A DNA stretch of 58,465 nt, taken from Actinomycetes bacterium (GTDB lineage Bacteria; Actinomycetota; Acidimicrobiia; Acidimicrobiales; Aldehydirespiratoraceae). The notes below the pieces were generated by a model. The model did no database searches and had not been told where the DNA came from. It saw only the letters and a list, made by a program, of their open reading frames with translations. The translations under genes were made by a program, and so were the position numbers. Below, in pieces: positions 36,091 through 46,336 of the stretch; the first letter of the stretch is position 1, and each line of letters starts with the position of its first letter. The DNA lies in assembly GCA_024276355.1 (NCBI GenBank), contig JAJRXJ010000388.1:1-58465 (forward strand). The letters are read 5' to 3'.

Positions 36091-37850
36091 TGGACCTCTC
36101 AACTTCGATGCGCACCGACATGTGCGGTCAGCTCACCTCTGCCGACATCGGCCGGACCGTAACCATCTGCGGATGGGTCGATCGTCGCCGCGAGCACGGT
36201 GAGCACCTGGCTTTCATCGACTTGCGCGACCACACCGGTGTTCTCCAGTGCGTGGTCGACGGCTCTCGCGATCTCCGCAGCGAGTACGTGGTCCGGATGA
36301 CCGGTGAGGTGCGGTCCCGGCCCGAGGGCACCGTCAACCCCGACCTCGCCACCGGCGACGTGGAGGTCGACGTGAATTCCGTCGAGATCCTCTCGCAGGC
36401 CGAGCCGCCGCCGTTCCCGATGGATGAACGCACCGGTGTCGATGAGACCATCCGGCTGCGTCACCGCTACGTCGATCTCCGCAAGAGCCGAATGCAGCGG
36501 AACCTCCGCACTCGGGCGGTAGTCAACAGCACCATTCGTGCTGCCATGGAACGGCAGGGGTTCGTCGAGGTCGAAACCCCGATGCTGATCGCTTCCACCC
36601 CCGAGGGGGCCCGAGATTTCGTGGTTCCCTCCCGCAAGGAACCGGGCAGTTTCTACGCCCTCCCACAGAGCCCCCAACTCTTCAAGCAGCTCTGCATGGT
36701 CGGCGGAATCGACCGCTACTACCAGATCGCCCGCTGCCTGCGCGATGAGGATCTTCGAGCCGACCGTCAGTTCGAGTTCATGCAGCTCGACGCCGAAGCC
36801 AGTTTCGTCAGCCAGGAAGACGTATTCGAGTTCATTTCGGAAGCGGTCGCCGATGTGGCCGAGGCGGTCACAGGAGACCGGCCCACCGAGTTCCCCCACA
36901 TCACCTGGGCAGAGTCGATGGAACGCTTCGGAAACGACAAGCCCGACATGCGGTTCGGCATGGAGCTCACCGAACTCACCCCGATATTCGAGGGCACCGA
37001 GGCCCGCGTTTTCCAAGCCGAATGCGTCAAGGGCATATGTCTCGAAGGCGGAGCCGAAAGCCTGTCACGCAACCAGGTCGATTCGCTGGTCGACGATGCG
37101 AAGCGATGGGGCGCCAAGGGGCTCGCGTGGATGCGGGTCGCCACCGGCGACGATGGTCGGGCCAGGCTCGAAGCGGGCGTGGCCAAGTTCCTGTCGGCCG
37201 ACGAGGGCTCTGCGGTCATCGCGGCGCTCGATGCCCGGCCCGGCGACATGGTGTTCCTGGTGGCTGACGCCCGTCGCATGGTGCAGCGCGTGCTCGGCAT
37301 GCTTCGCCTGGCTCTGGGCCGTCCTGCGGTCGGTGAAGGTGGATTCAAATTCGTCTGGGTCGTTGATTTCCCCCTGTTCGAAGGCCTTGGCGACGACGGC
37401 AAGCCCATTCCGGCTCACCACCCCTTCACCATGCCCCACCCCGACGACATGGCCAATTTCGATGCCGGCGGCGAGGCCCTGCTCGACGTGCGCTCGCAGG
37501 CCTACGACCTGGTGCTCAACGGATGGGAGCTCGGATCGGGCAGCGTTCGTATCCATCGCAACGACATCCAGAGCCGGATCTTCGATCTTCTCGGCATCAG
37601 CGAGGAAGAGGCTCAGGCCAAGTTCGGATTCCTGCTCGACGCCTTCAGGTTCGGGGCGCCGCCCCATGCCGGGTTCGCCTTCGGTATCGACCGCCTCACA
37701 GCGCTGATGGTCGGCGAGGAGAACATTCGCGAGGTCATCGCCTTCCCGAAGACCCAGTCGGGCGCCGATCCGCTCACCAACGCTCCGGGTCCCCTCGACA
37801 GCGCCCAACTGGAGGAGCTCGGTCTCAGAGTCCTTCCGCAGGCCACCTGA
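36087..37850 (+). CDS. aspS: aspartate--tRNA ligase
   Basis: MRTDMCGQL..GRTVTICGWV (OB fold), ...QSPQLFKQL..., FQIARCLRDEDLRADRQ and GGGSVRIH-like GSGSVRIH. Confidence 0.95.
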   Translation: MMDLSTSMRTDMCGQLTSADIGRTVTICGWVDRRREHGEHLAFIDLRDHTGVLQCVVDGSRDLRSEYVVRMTGEVRSRPEGTVNPDLATGDVEVDVNSVEILSQAEPPPFPMDERTGVDETIRLRHRYVDLRKSRMQRNLRTRAVVNSTIRAAMERQGFVEVETPMLIASTPEGARDFVVPSRKEPGSFYALPQSPQLFKQLCMVGGIDRYYQIARCLRDEDLRADRQFEFMQLDAEASFVSQEDVFEFISEAVADVAEAVTGDRPTEFPHITWAESMERFGNDKPDMRFGMELTELTPIFEGTEARVFQAECVKGICLEGGAESLSRNQVDSLVDDAKRWGAKGLAWMRVATGDDGRARLEAGVAKFLSADEGSAVIAALDARPGDMVFLVADARRMVQRVLGMLRLALGRPAVGEGGFKFVWVVDFPLFEGLGDDGKPIPAHHPFTMPHPDDMANFDAGGEALLDVRSQAYDLVLNGWELGSGSVRIHRNDIQSRIFDLLGISEEEAQAKFGFLLDAFRFGAPPHAGFAFGIDRLTALMVGEENIREVIAFPKTQSGADPLTNAPGPLDSAQLEELGLRVLPQAT

Positions 37851-37859
37851 CAGGCATGC

Positions 37860-39152
37860 GTGGCTGACGACCTGTTCGCCGCCGCGGCCGATGCCTCGTT
37901 GGCCCGTCGTTCGCCTCTGGCGGCGCGGCTTCGGCCACAACACCTCGACGACATCGTCGGTCAGCCCCACCTGCTCGCGCCGGGCCGCCCACTGCGCACA
38001 CTCATCGAGGCCGATCGGCTCTCATCGGTGATCTTCTGGGGACCCCCCGGCACCGGAAAGACCACCCTCGCGAGGCTCATAGCCAACCAGACCGAGAAGG
38101 TGTTCGAGGAACTCTCGGCGGTGACAGCATCGGTAAAGGACGTGCGGGAGGTGATCGCGCAGGCTCGTCATCGACTCGGCGAGCGGGGCGTGGGTACGAT
38201 CCTGTTCCTCGATGAGGTCCACCGGTTCAACAAGTCTCAGCAGGACACGCTTCTGCCGGCGGTGGAGGAAGGCCTGCTGGTATTGGTTGGTGCCACCACC
38301 GAGAACCCTCATTTCGAGGTCAACCCGCCTCTGATGTCGCGGTCCACCCTCTTCCGGCTCAACCCACTGTCCAGCGCCGACATTTCGGTGTTGATCCGAA
38401 GGGGGCTCGAAGAAGAGGGGGCCACAGCCGACGACGAGGCGGTCGAACACATGGCGGCCCGCAGCGGCGGCGACGGCCGACACGCGCTCACTTCCACCGA
38501 GGTGGCGGTGGCGCTCGCGGCCCGTCGCGAATCGCCACCCCACATCACCTTGGCCGATGCCGAGGGCGCGGTCGACAGCAAAGCGGTGAGATACGGGCGA
38601 GACGGCCACTTCGATGTGGCCAGCGCATTCATCAAGAGCATCCGGGGATCCGATGCCGATGCCGGCCTCTACTGGTTGGCGCGAATGCTCGAGGCCGGTG
38701 AGGACGCCCGATTCATCGCCCGTCGACTGGTGATCCTTGCATCGGAGGACATCGGCATGGCCGACCCGTTTTCGTTGCTCATCGCCGATGCCGCCGCTCG
38801 TGCGGTGGAGTTCGTCGGGCTCCCCGAGGCCCAGCTCAACCTGGCCCAGGCCGTGGTCCACCTGGCCACCGCACCGAAGTCGAACCGTGTTACCAGGGCC
38901 ATATCCGCGGCACGCGACGATGCCCGGGCCGCCGGAGCCGGCGAGGTGCCGGCCCACTTGCGCGATGCCCACTACCGGGCCGCGGCAGGTCTGGGCCACG
39001 GTGCCGGCTACGTGTATCCACACGACCTGCCCGATGGCTGGGCGGATCAGTCGTATAGGCCCGATGAGGTCGAGGGCCACACGTACTACGTGCCCTCGCC
39101 TCACGGGGCGGAGGCTGATCTCGACCAGAATTGGCCGGGGCGGCCCACCTGA
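37860..39152 (+). CDS. rarA: replication-associated recombination protein A (RarA/MgsA AAA+ ATPase)
   Basis: LRPQHLDDIVGQPHLL...GPPGTGKTTLA...LFLDEVHRFNKSQQD...SIRGSDADAGLYWLARML. Confidence 0.93.
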   Translation: MADDLFAAAADASLARRSPLAARLRPQHLDDIVGQPHLLAPGRPLRTLIEADRLSSVIFWGPPGTGKTTLARLIANQTEKVFEELSAVTASVKDVREVIAQARHRLGERGVGTILFLDEVHRFNKSQQDTLLPAVEEGLLVLVGATTENPHFEVNPPLMSRSTLFRLNPLSSADISVLIRRGLEEEGATADDEAVEHMAARSGGDGRHALTSTEVAVALAARRESPPHITLADAEGAVDSKAVRYGRDGHFDVASAFIKSIRGSDADAGLYWLARMLEAGEDARFIARRLVILASEDIGMADPFSLLIADAAARAVEFVGLPEAQLNLAQAVVHLATAPKSNRVTRAISAARDDARAAGAGEVPAHLRDAHYRAAAGLGHGAGYVYPHDLPDGWADQSYRPDEVEGHTYYVPSPHGAEADLDQNWPGRPT

Positions 39153-39197
39153 CCAGCATCACCGACCGAGGCGTTTCCGTCGGCTTGAATTGGGGGC

Positions 39198-39611
39198 ATG
39201 TCTGCAACGGATCTGGCCGCGGTCGTGGTCACCCTGCTCTCGATGATGATGGTCGCGGTGATGGTGGTGGCCGTCCAGTCGCTCGTGCGCACACTTAAGG
39301 AACTGCGCCTCACCGTCGACGAACTTCGGGGGTCGACGCTGCCGATGGTGGAAGACCTCCGGGTCACCGTTGCCAAGGCCGGGGAGGGACTCGACCGCGT
39401 CGACGGGATCATCGATCGAGCCGAGAGCATCACCACCACCGTCGACAACGCGTCGCGGCTCACCTACAAGGCCATGGCCCCGCCCCTCATCAAGACCATC
39501 TCCATGGTGGCCGGTGCCGGCCGGGCAACCCGACGGCTCAGATGGGGTCGCTCGGCGAGGGTCATCGAGGCCGGGTCGGCGCCCGCCTCCCGTCTGGAGG
39601 AAGCCGTATGA
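39198..39611 (+). CDS. DUF948-like membrane-anchored coiled-coil protein
   Basis: An N-terminal TM is followed by a helical repeat region (LKELRLTVDELR..., VEDLRVTV...). This position upstream of alaS is common in actinobacteria. Confidence 0.65.
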   Translation: MSATDLAAVVVTLLSMMMVAVMVVAVQSLVRTLKELRLTVDELRGSTLPMVEDLRVTVAKAGEGLDRVDGIIDRAESITTTVDNASRLTYKAMAPPLIKTISMVAGAGRATRRLRWGRSARVIEAGSAPASRLEEAV

Positions 39612-39898
39612 AGCGAATATTCTGGGCCGGTGTCGGCTATTCACTGGGAATGGGATCCTCGGTGTGGGTGCAGCGTCGTGTGAAGCGCACCGTGGAGCGC
39701 TACGCCCCCGCACAGGTCCGTAGCGATATCGCCGACCGTGGCCGAAGTCTCGTGGTCGATCTTCGTGCGGCGGCACGCGACGGTGCCGAGGTTATGCGTC
39801 AGGTCGAACGAGATCTTCTTGATGAGTTCGCCACCCGGAGGTCGGTGGGGTCGACCGGGCCCGCAAATGGGCTGAGGCCGGTCCGTACACGCCGGTAG
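39608..39898 (+). CDS. small membrane protein, unknown function
   Basis: MKRIFWAGVGYSLGMGSSVWVQ... ATGA overlap with the upstream gene. The track ORF begins earlier at 39542. Confidence 0.5.
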   Translation: MKRIFWAGVGYSLGMGSSVWVQRRVKRTVERYAPAQVRSDIADRGRSLVVDLRAAARDGAEVMRQVERDLLDEFATRRSVGSTGPANGLRPVRTRR

Positions 39899-39910
39899 GC
39901 TGCCAGCCTC

Positions 39911-42472
39911 ATGAAAGCCAACGAGGTCCGCAAGGCATTCACCGAATTTTTCGTGGCGCGTGGCCATGTCCATCAGCCGTCCGCGAGCTTGATTCCCCAC
40001 GACCCCACTTTGTTGTTCACCGTGGCGGGGATGGTGCCGTTCAAGCCCTACTTCACCGGTGAGGAGGCGGCCCCGTTCGATCGGGCCGTCACCATCCAAA
40101 AGTGTGTGCGAGCAGGTGGCAAACACAACGACCTCGACGAGATCGGCCGCACCTCGCGTCATCTCACATTCTTCGAGATGCTCGGCAATTTCAGTTTCGG
40201 CGACTACTTCAAGTCCGACGCGGCTGCCTTCGCCTGGGATCTGATGACCAACGTTTTGGGGCTCGACCCGGAGCGTCTCTGGATCACCGTCCACATATCC
40301 GACGACGAGGCCGAGGCCATTTGGCGCGACGAGGTGGGTGTGCCCGCCGAACGCATTCAGCGTCTCGACGAAGACAACTACTGGCGCATGGGCGACACCG
40401 GCCCGTGCGGTCCGTGTTCGGAGATCTTCTTCGACAAGGGCGAGCAGTACGGTCCGAGCGGTGGCCCGGCCCACGGCGGCGACGAGCGCTACATCGAAAT
40501 CTGGAACCTCGTGTTCATGCAGTTCGAGCAACACGATGATGGTTCCCAGACCCCCCTGCCCAAGCCATCGATCGACACCGGCATGGGCCTGGAGCGGGTC
40601 GTGTCAGTGTTGCAGGGAGTCGATTCGGTCTGGGAGACCGACGAGTTGGCGGCCCTTCTCGACGCAGCCTCCCGACTCACCGGAGTCGAGCAGGGTGCCG
40701 ACACGGAGAGCGACGTGTCGCTGCGGATCCTCGCCGACCATGCAAGAAGCACATCGCTGCTGGTGAGCGACGGCGTGTTCCCCTCCAACGAGGCCCGCGG
40801 TTACGTGCTCCGACGGATTCTTCGTCGGGCGGTCCGCCACGCCTACATCCTGGGAGTCGAGCACACTGTCATGGCCGGCATGGTCGACGCCGTGGTCGAG
40901 GTCATGGGCCCCGACTACCCGGATCTGGTGCGCAACCATGATTTCGTGAGGGGTGTGATCGACCGCGAAGAGGTGCGCTTCCGCGAGACCCTGCGCACCG
41001 GTCAGGCGATCCTCGACCAGCAGTTGGCCGAACTGTCCGAGGGCAGTCCTCTGCCCGGCGACACCGCGTTCCTGCTTCACGACACCTACGGTTTCCCTCT
41101 GGAGGTCACCCAGGAGATCACCGGTGCACGCGGCGTTGAAGTCGACGTGGCCGGGTTCGAGCTCGCCATGGCTGAGCAGCGCCAACGGGCCAAGCAGGCC
41201 CGAAAGGTCGCGGAGGGCATCGATCCTTCGATATTCGTCGAACTGATCGAGCAGTTCGGTCCCACCGAGTTCACCGGCAGGGTCGAGGAATCATCCGAGG
41301 CCCGGGTGCTCCACAACCACGACGGCTTGGTCGTTCTCGATCGCACACCCTTCTACGCCGACAGCGGTGGCCAGATAGGCGACACCGGCATCATCACCAC
41401 CCCCACCGGCGAGGTCGCCGTGGTCGACACCCGCTGGATCGTCCCCGGACTCACTGCCCATTTCGTGGAACCGGTCAGCGGTTCGATCGAGGTCGGCCAG
41501 ATGGCGACGGCCACCATAGATTCAGTCAGGCGGGCCGCCATTCGGCGAAATCACACCGCCACCCACCTCCTGCATTGGGCGCTGCGGGAGGTGCTGGGCG
41601 ACCACGTCAAGCAGCAGGGTTCCTGGGTGGGTCCGGATCGTTTGCGATTCGACTTCAGCCACTACGACGCCCTGACACCCGATGAGATCCGCCAAGTGGA
41701 AGATCTGGTAAACGGTGAGATTCTCGACAATGCGGTATGCCACAACTTCGAAACCACCATGGCCGAGGCCGAGAACCTCGGCGCCGTCGCCTTTTTCGGA
41801 GACAAGTACGGCGATGTGGTGAGGGTTCTCGAAGCGGGCCGTCATTCGATCGAACTCTGCGGCGGTACCCATGTCTCGTCACTCGGCGACATCGGCGCTT
41901 TCCGGATCATTTCCGAGGGATCCACGGGCTCCAACATCCGCCGGGTGGAGGCGGTCACCGGTACCGCCACCATCGAACTCTCCCGTCGCGAAAGCGACAC
42001 CATATCGGAGGCCGCCTCGCTGCTCGGAGTGGCCACCGACGAGGTCGTGGGGGGCATAGAACGCCGCCTGGCCGAGCAGAAGGCCCTGCGAGCCGAGGTG
42101 GCCGCCCTCAAGCAGCGTTTGGCGGTGGGACAGGCCCCCTCCCTTGCTTCGGGCGCCGTCGACGGAGTGGTCGTGGCCCGGGTCGACGACATCGATCGTG
42201 ATGGCCTGAGGGATCTGGCCGTGTCCGTACGCGACCAGCCCGGGGTTCGGGCGGTGGTGCTCGGCGCCGGTTTCGAGCAAGGCGGAGCGGGCCTGGTGGC
42301 TGCAGCGGCTCCCGACAGTGGTCTCAATGCGGGCGAGCTGATCAACGAGGCCAAGAAGACGATCGGCGGGGGTGGTCGAGCTTCGGCCGACCTCGCGGTG
42401 GCCGGAGGCAAGGACGCCTCGGCCATCGACACCGCACTCGACCAGGCGCGTGCGGCTGCCGGGATCAGCTGA
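39911..42472 (+). CDS. alaS: alanine--tRNA ligase
   Basis: 853 aa. FFVARGHVHQPSASLIP..DPTLLFTVAGMVPFK, an editing domain with HTATHLLH, and a C-terminal DHHA1 domain. Confidence 0.97.
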   Translation: MKANEVRKAFTEFFVARGHVHQPSASLIPHDPTLLFTVAGMVPFKPYFTGEEAAPFDRAVTIQKCVRAGGKHNDLDEIGRTSRHLTFFEMLGNFSFGDYFKSDAAAFAWDLMTNVLGLDPERLWITVHISDDEAEAIWRDEVGVPAERIQRLDEDNYWRMGDTGPCGPCSEIFFDKGEQYGPSGGPAHGGDERYIEIWNLVFMQFEQHDDGSQTPLPKPSIDTGMGLERVVSVLQGVDSVWETDELAALLDAASRLTGVEQGADTESDVSLRILADHARSTSLLVSDGVFPSNEARGYVLRRILRRAVRHAYILGVEHTVMAGMVDAVVEVMGPDYPDLVRNHDFVRGVIDREEVRFRETLRTGQAILDQQLAELSEGSPLPGDTAFLLHDTYGFPLEVTQEITGARGVEVDVAGFELAMAEQRQRAKQARKVAEGIDPSIFVELIEQFGPTEFTGRVEESSEARVLHNHDGLVVLDRTPFYADSGGQIGDTGIITTPTGEVAVVDTRWIVPGLTAHFVEPVSGSIEVGQMATATIDSVRRAAIRRNHTATHLLHWALREVLGDHVKQQGSWVGPDRLRFDFSHYDALTPDEIRQVEDLVNGEILDNAVCHNFETTMAEAENLGAVAFFGDKYGDVVRVLEAGRHSIELCGGTHVSSLGDIGAFRIISEGSTGSNIRRVEAVTGTATIELSRRESDTISEAASLLGVATDEVVGGIERRLAEQKALRAEVAALKQRLAVGQAPSLASGAVDGVVVARVDDIDRDGLRDLAVSVRDQPGVRAVVLGAGFEQGGAGLVAAAAPDSGLNAGELINEAKKTIGGGGRASADLAVAGGKDASAIDTALDQARAAAGIS

Positions 42473-42473
42473 C

Positions 42474-42896
42474 ATGCGGGCTCTCGGCCTCGATCTGGGA
42501 TCAAAGCGGATCGGTGTCGCCATAAGCGACAGCAGAGGCAGCGTGGCCACGCCCATAGAGGTGGTCAAACGGGTCGGTGATCGAAAACGCGAACACCAGA
42601 TGATCGCCGGGCTGGTTGCCGAGTGGGAGGCCGAGATCGTGGTGGTCGGCATGCCCTACAACCTTGATGGTTCCATGGGGATAGCTGCAAAACTCTGCAA
42701 ATCCGAGGCCAAGGCCCTCCGCGAGGTCCTCGCGGTGCCCGTTGTTACGTACGATGAGAGACTTACCACCGTGACCGCCGAGCGGAGTCTCAAGGAGCAG
42801 CACATGAACGCCGATGCCCGACGCCAGGTGATCGACAAGGTCGCTGCTTCGGTGATCCTTCAGGCGTGGCTCGACTCCGGGATGCCCAATGGCTGA
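42474..42896 (+). CDS. ruvX: Holliday junction resolvase-like pre-16S rRNA nuclease RuvX (YqgF)
   Basis: MRALGLDLGSKRIGVAISD...VVGMPYNLDGS...DERLTT. Confidence 0.9.
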   Translation: MRALGLDLGSKRIGVAISDSRGSVATPIEVVKRVGDRKREHQMIAGLVAEWEAEIVVVGMPYNLDGSMGIAAKLCKSEAKALREVLAVPVVTYDERLTTVTAERSLKEQHMNADARRQVIDKVAASVILQAWLDSGMPNG

Positions 42897-44394
42897 GAAG
42901 TCCAAGACCTGGCGCTCGCTCTCGGCGTTCATCACCGGTGAAGGCGGTCCCTCCCCGGCCGAAGAGCCCGAGCCAGAAGTCCCGCGGCAACCAATTGTCC
43001 CTCCTCCGCCGCGCCGTAGGCCCACCAGAGTGGCCGTGCCGGTTTCCGGCGGCGTTGCGGCTCCTCCTCCCCCGGGCCCCGGAGCCACGGTTCTCGACCC
43101 CAACGCCTCGGTTGCTCTCCCCGACCACATCGCCCCGCCCGGGGCGGTGATCATCGCCGGCGTCGACTCCAACGGTGTTGAATACGTGTTCGAGGACGAC
43201 CCCACCGCCGAGCCGCTGGTCGACCCCCGCTACGACCTCGATGATCGCAACTGGGTCCGATACCGCACCAGCTGGGGCGGAATCTTCCGGATCATTCTTC
43301 TGATTCTCTTCGTTTTCTTCGCGGTCGGCTGGGTCCGCGGCAAGGTCTACACATGGATCGATGGCCAGATCGACCCGGCCGGCCCTGTCGGCGCCGAGGT
43401 CGCCTTCAACATCCCCAATGGTGCCTCGACCAACGACGTGGCGTCGTCACTTGCTTCGAAGGGGGTGATCAGCAACGGCACCGTGTTCCGCTACTGGCTC
43501 CGCTGTGAGGGCGACACCGGTGGTCACATTTCGATCACCGGATTCCTCGGATGCAAGGCCGAGCGCACCTTCAAGGCCGGCGACTACATCCTCAACAAGA
43601 ACATGAGTTTCGACGCCGTGGTGGCCAAGCTCGACGAGGGGCCGATCCCTGAACCGGTGTTCGACGTGACCATACCCGAAGGGCTCAGACTCACAGAGGT
43701 GATCGATCGGCTGCTGGCCGAAAACGACCGTTTCAACAAGGACGATCTGCTCAAGGCATTGGCCGACGAATCGCTCACATCGAAGTATCTCGACCCGGGA
43801 GTGCCATCGTTGTTCTGGTTCGAGGGGCTCCTGTTCCCGGCCAAGTACGACATTCCCGAACGTGACCGCGGCAACGAACGCAAGTTCATCAAGCGGATGT
43901 CCAATACGTTCGACGAACGTTTCTCGGCCCTGCTCGAGGACCCGGGTCGGGCCCCGGTGCTGGATGAGCTTGGGCTCACCGACTACCAGGTCGTCATCGT
44001 GGCATCGTTGATCGAGGAGGAGGCCAAGGTCGACTCCGACCGGGCCAAGATCGCCCGGGTCATCTACAACAGACTGTTGGCCGGTGAGAAGCTGGGAATC
44101 GACGCGTCCACCTACTACGCGGTGGGCAAGCCGTTCACCGAGCCTCTGCTCCAGAGCGACCTCGACAACCCGTCCCCCTGGAACACCCGCGCTGTCACCG
44201 GTCTTCCACCCAGTCCGATAGCGGCCCCTGGGGCGAAGTCTCTCGAAGCTGCGCTCCAACCGGCCACCGGCGACTGGTTCTACTACGTCCTCACCGACGA
44301 AGGTGGGGTCAAGGGAGCCCACACCTTCGCCACAACCGAGGCCGAGAGAGCGGCCGCGCTCCAGGTCTGTACCGACCTCGGCTACTGCGGCTGA
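42889..44394 (+). CDS. mltG: endolytic murein transglycosylase MltG (YceG-like) with Pro-rich N-terminal extension
   Basis: A Pro-rich cytoplasmic tail and one TM are followed by a YceG domain (TIPEGLRLTEV...ASLIEEEAK...NTR...GLPPSPIAAPG). Confidence 0.9.
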   Translation: MAEKSKTWRSLSAFITGEGGPSPAEEPEPEVPRQPIVPPPPRRRPTRVAVPVSGGVAAPPPPGPGATVLDPNASVALPDHIAPPGAVIIAGVDSNGVEYVFEDDPTAEPLVDPRYDLDDRNWVRYRTSWGGIFRIILLILFVFFAVGWVRGKVYTWIDGQIDPAGPVGAEVAFNIPNGASTNDVASSLASKGVISNGTVFRYWLRCEGDTGGHISITGFLGCKAERTFKAGDYILNKNMSFDAVVAKLDEGPIPEPVFDVTIPEGLRLTEVIDRLLAENDRFNKDDLLKALADESLTSKYLDPGVPSLFWFEGLLFPAKYDIPERDRGNERKFIKRMSNTFDERFSALLEDPGRAPVLDELGLTDYQVVIVASLIEEEAKVDSDRAKIARVIYNRLLAGEKLGIDASTYYAVGKPFTEPLLQSDLDNPSPWNTRAVTGLPPSPIAAPGAKSLEAALQPATGDWFYYVLTDEGGVKGAHTFATTEAERAAALQVCTDLGYCG

Positions 44395-44397
44395 GCC

Positions 44398-45237
44398 GTG
44401 TCGCCCACACCCACAGGCACCACCAAGGTGGCCGGTGTCATCGGCGCGCCCATCTCGCATTCGTTGTCGCCAACCATCCACAACGCCGGTTTCGACAAGC
44501 TGGGCCTCGACTGGGTCTACGTTGCGCTGCCGGTCGCAGCCGGTGACGCAGGGTCGGCGGTCGGGGCCATGAAGACCCTCGGCATCGCCGCGCTGTCGGT
44601 AACCATGCCACACAAGGCCGAAGCGTTCGCTGCGGCCGACACCGCCACCGCGACAGCACGAAAGTTGGGTGCCGCCAACTGCCTCACCCTGATGGGAGAC
44701 GGCCGGGTCGAGGCCGACAACACCGACGGTCGAGGTTTTGTCGAGGCGCTGAGGGCCGACTCGGGGTTGAGCCCGTCGGGCCTGTCTTTCGCGGTGATCG
44801 GCGCCGGCGGCGCGGCCCGTGCTGTGATCCTCGCACTGGCCGAGTCCGGCGCCCGAGAGGTGGCGGTGATCAACAGGTCGAGGGCTCGGGCCGAGGCGGC
44901 TGCCGAGCTGGCCGGCGCGATCGGGACCGTCGCGTCAACGGAGTCCGTGGCCGGTGTCGACGTGGTTGTCAATGCCACGCCGCTCGGGATGGGCAACGAC
45001 GACACGATGCCTTGCGACCCGGTGCTGATCAGATCCGGACAGGTGGCCATCGACCTGATTTATCAACCGGCAGCCACCAAGTGGCTCTTGGCGGCGGAGG
45101 GCAATGGTGCCGAAATTCACAACGGGCTCACCATGTTGATCCATCAAGCCGCGGTCGCTTTCCGCCGATGGACAGGTAGGGAGGCTCCGGTCGATCACAT
45201 GAAGTCGGCGGCGATGGTGGCGCTCTCGGCGCGGTAG
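44398..45237 (+). CDS. aroE: shikimate dehydrogenase
   Basis: AGVIGAPISHSLSPTIHNAGF...SVTMPHK...NTDG.GF...GAGGAARA. Confidence 0.9.
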   Translation: MSPTPTGTTKVAGVIGAPISHSLSPTIHNAGFDKLGLDWVYVALPVAAGDAGSAVGAMKTLGIAALSVTMPHKAEAFAAADTATATARKLGAANCLTLMGDGRVEADNTDGRGFVEALRADSGLSPSGLSFAVIGAGGAARAVILALAESGAREVAVINRSRARAEAAAELAGAIGTVASTESVAGVDVVVNATPLGMGNDDTMPCDPVLIRSGQVAIDLIYQPAATKWLLAAEGNGAEIHNGLTMLIHQAAVAFRRWTGREAPVDHMKSAAMVALSAR

Positions 45238-45297
45238 TCCTCACAACCTGCCCGGCTTGTGCCGATAGTGACGTGTTGTTCCACCTCGGAGGTAACC

Positions 45298-46317
45298 GTG
45301 GCGCTCTCGGGCACGCTCGACACATTCGCACTACCTGACGTGATGCGGCTTCTCGCGTCGACGTCGAAGACCGGCCGGCTGAGGGTGACCGGCCAGAGAG
45401 GTTCGGGCAGCGTTTGGCTCGAGGACGGTGCCGTTGCCATGGCCGAACTCGTGGCCGACCCGATTCCGGGCTCTTCCCGCGCCGATGTGATGTTCGCACT
45501 TCTCAGGCTCGACACCGGTTCGTTCACGTTCGAGGACGACGTCACCGTCGAGACCGACGGTCCACCGGAGCCCATGGAAACGACTCTTTCGACGGCCGAG
45601 TCGATGCTCGCAGAATGGCGCGAGATCGAATCGGTGGTGCCGTCGATGGACGTCTGGGTGGCGTTGCGCAGCGAGCTCGACGGGCCCGATGTGATGGTCG
45701 ACGCCGATCGCTGGCGGGGAATCGCGGCGATCGGAGCCGGTTGCACCATCGTCGCCATGGCCCAGAAGCTCAGCCTCCACGAGGTCGACGTGTGTCGTCT
45801 CGTCAAGGAGCTGATCGAGCTTGGCCTGGCCGAGTTGACAGAGCCAGCCGAGGAACTTGTGGCTGAGCCGGAGATGATTGTTGACAACGAGTCCCGCCAC
45901 TCGGCCGACTTCACCGAAGTTGACGAACGCGATGAGGTTGCTGGGGCACCGATCGACTCGTTCGCCGAACCCGAACCGTTCACTCCCATGAGCTTCGGAG
46001 ACGACCCCTCACTCGACCCCCTCCTGACATCAGGCGATCCGCTGAGCGAGATCAGCCACCTGGAGGAGCCCCCCTCTCACGGAAGCCTCTTCTCGGGGGC
46101 ATCATCGAGTGAGGTGGATGACGAACCGTCGCTGAACCCTGCGGAGATGGCCCGCCAGTTGGCCAACCTGAGCCCCCGCGCCGCGAAGGCGGTTGCCGAG
46201 GCCGCCCGGGCCACAACCGACGAGGAGCGCGAGGCTGCTCTCGCCGCCGTCGAAGCCGAGGATGAGACCGTCAACCGAAGCCTTCTGCTCAAGTTCCTCG
46301 GTTCGGTCGACTCCTGA
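45298..46317 (+). CDS. DUF4388 (PATAN-like) domain protein with acidic disordered C-terminal half
   Basis: LSGTLDTFALPDVMRLLASTSKTGRLRV...GSVWLEDGAV is a typical DUF4388 N-terminus. GTG 45298 is preceded by GGAGG. Confidence 0.62.
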   Translation: MALSGTLDTFALPDVMRLLASTSKTGRLRVTGQRGSGSVWLEDGAVAMAELVADPIPGSSRADVMFALLRLDTGSFTFEDDVTVETDGPPEPMETTLSTAESMLAEWREIESVVPSMDVWVALRSELDGPDVMVDADRWRGIAAIGAGCTIVAMAQKLSLHEVDVCRLVKELIELGLAELTEPAEELVAEPEMIVDNESRHSADFTEVDERDEVAGAPIDSFAEPEPFTPMSFGDDPSLDPLLTSGDPLSEISHLEEPPSHGSLFSGASSSEVDDEPSLNPAEMARQLANLSPRAAKAVAEAARATTDEEREAALAAVEAEDETVNRSLLLKFLGSVDS

Positions 46318-46336
46318 TCAGGTCGGAGGGAATCCG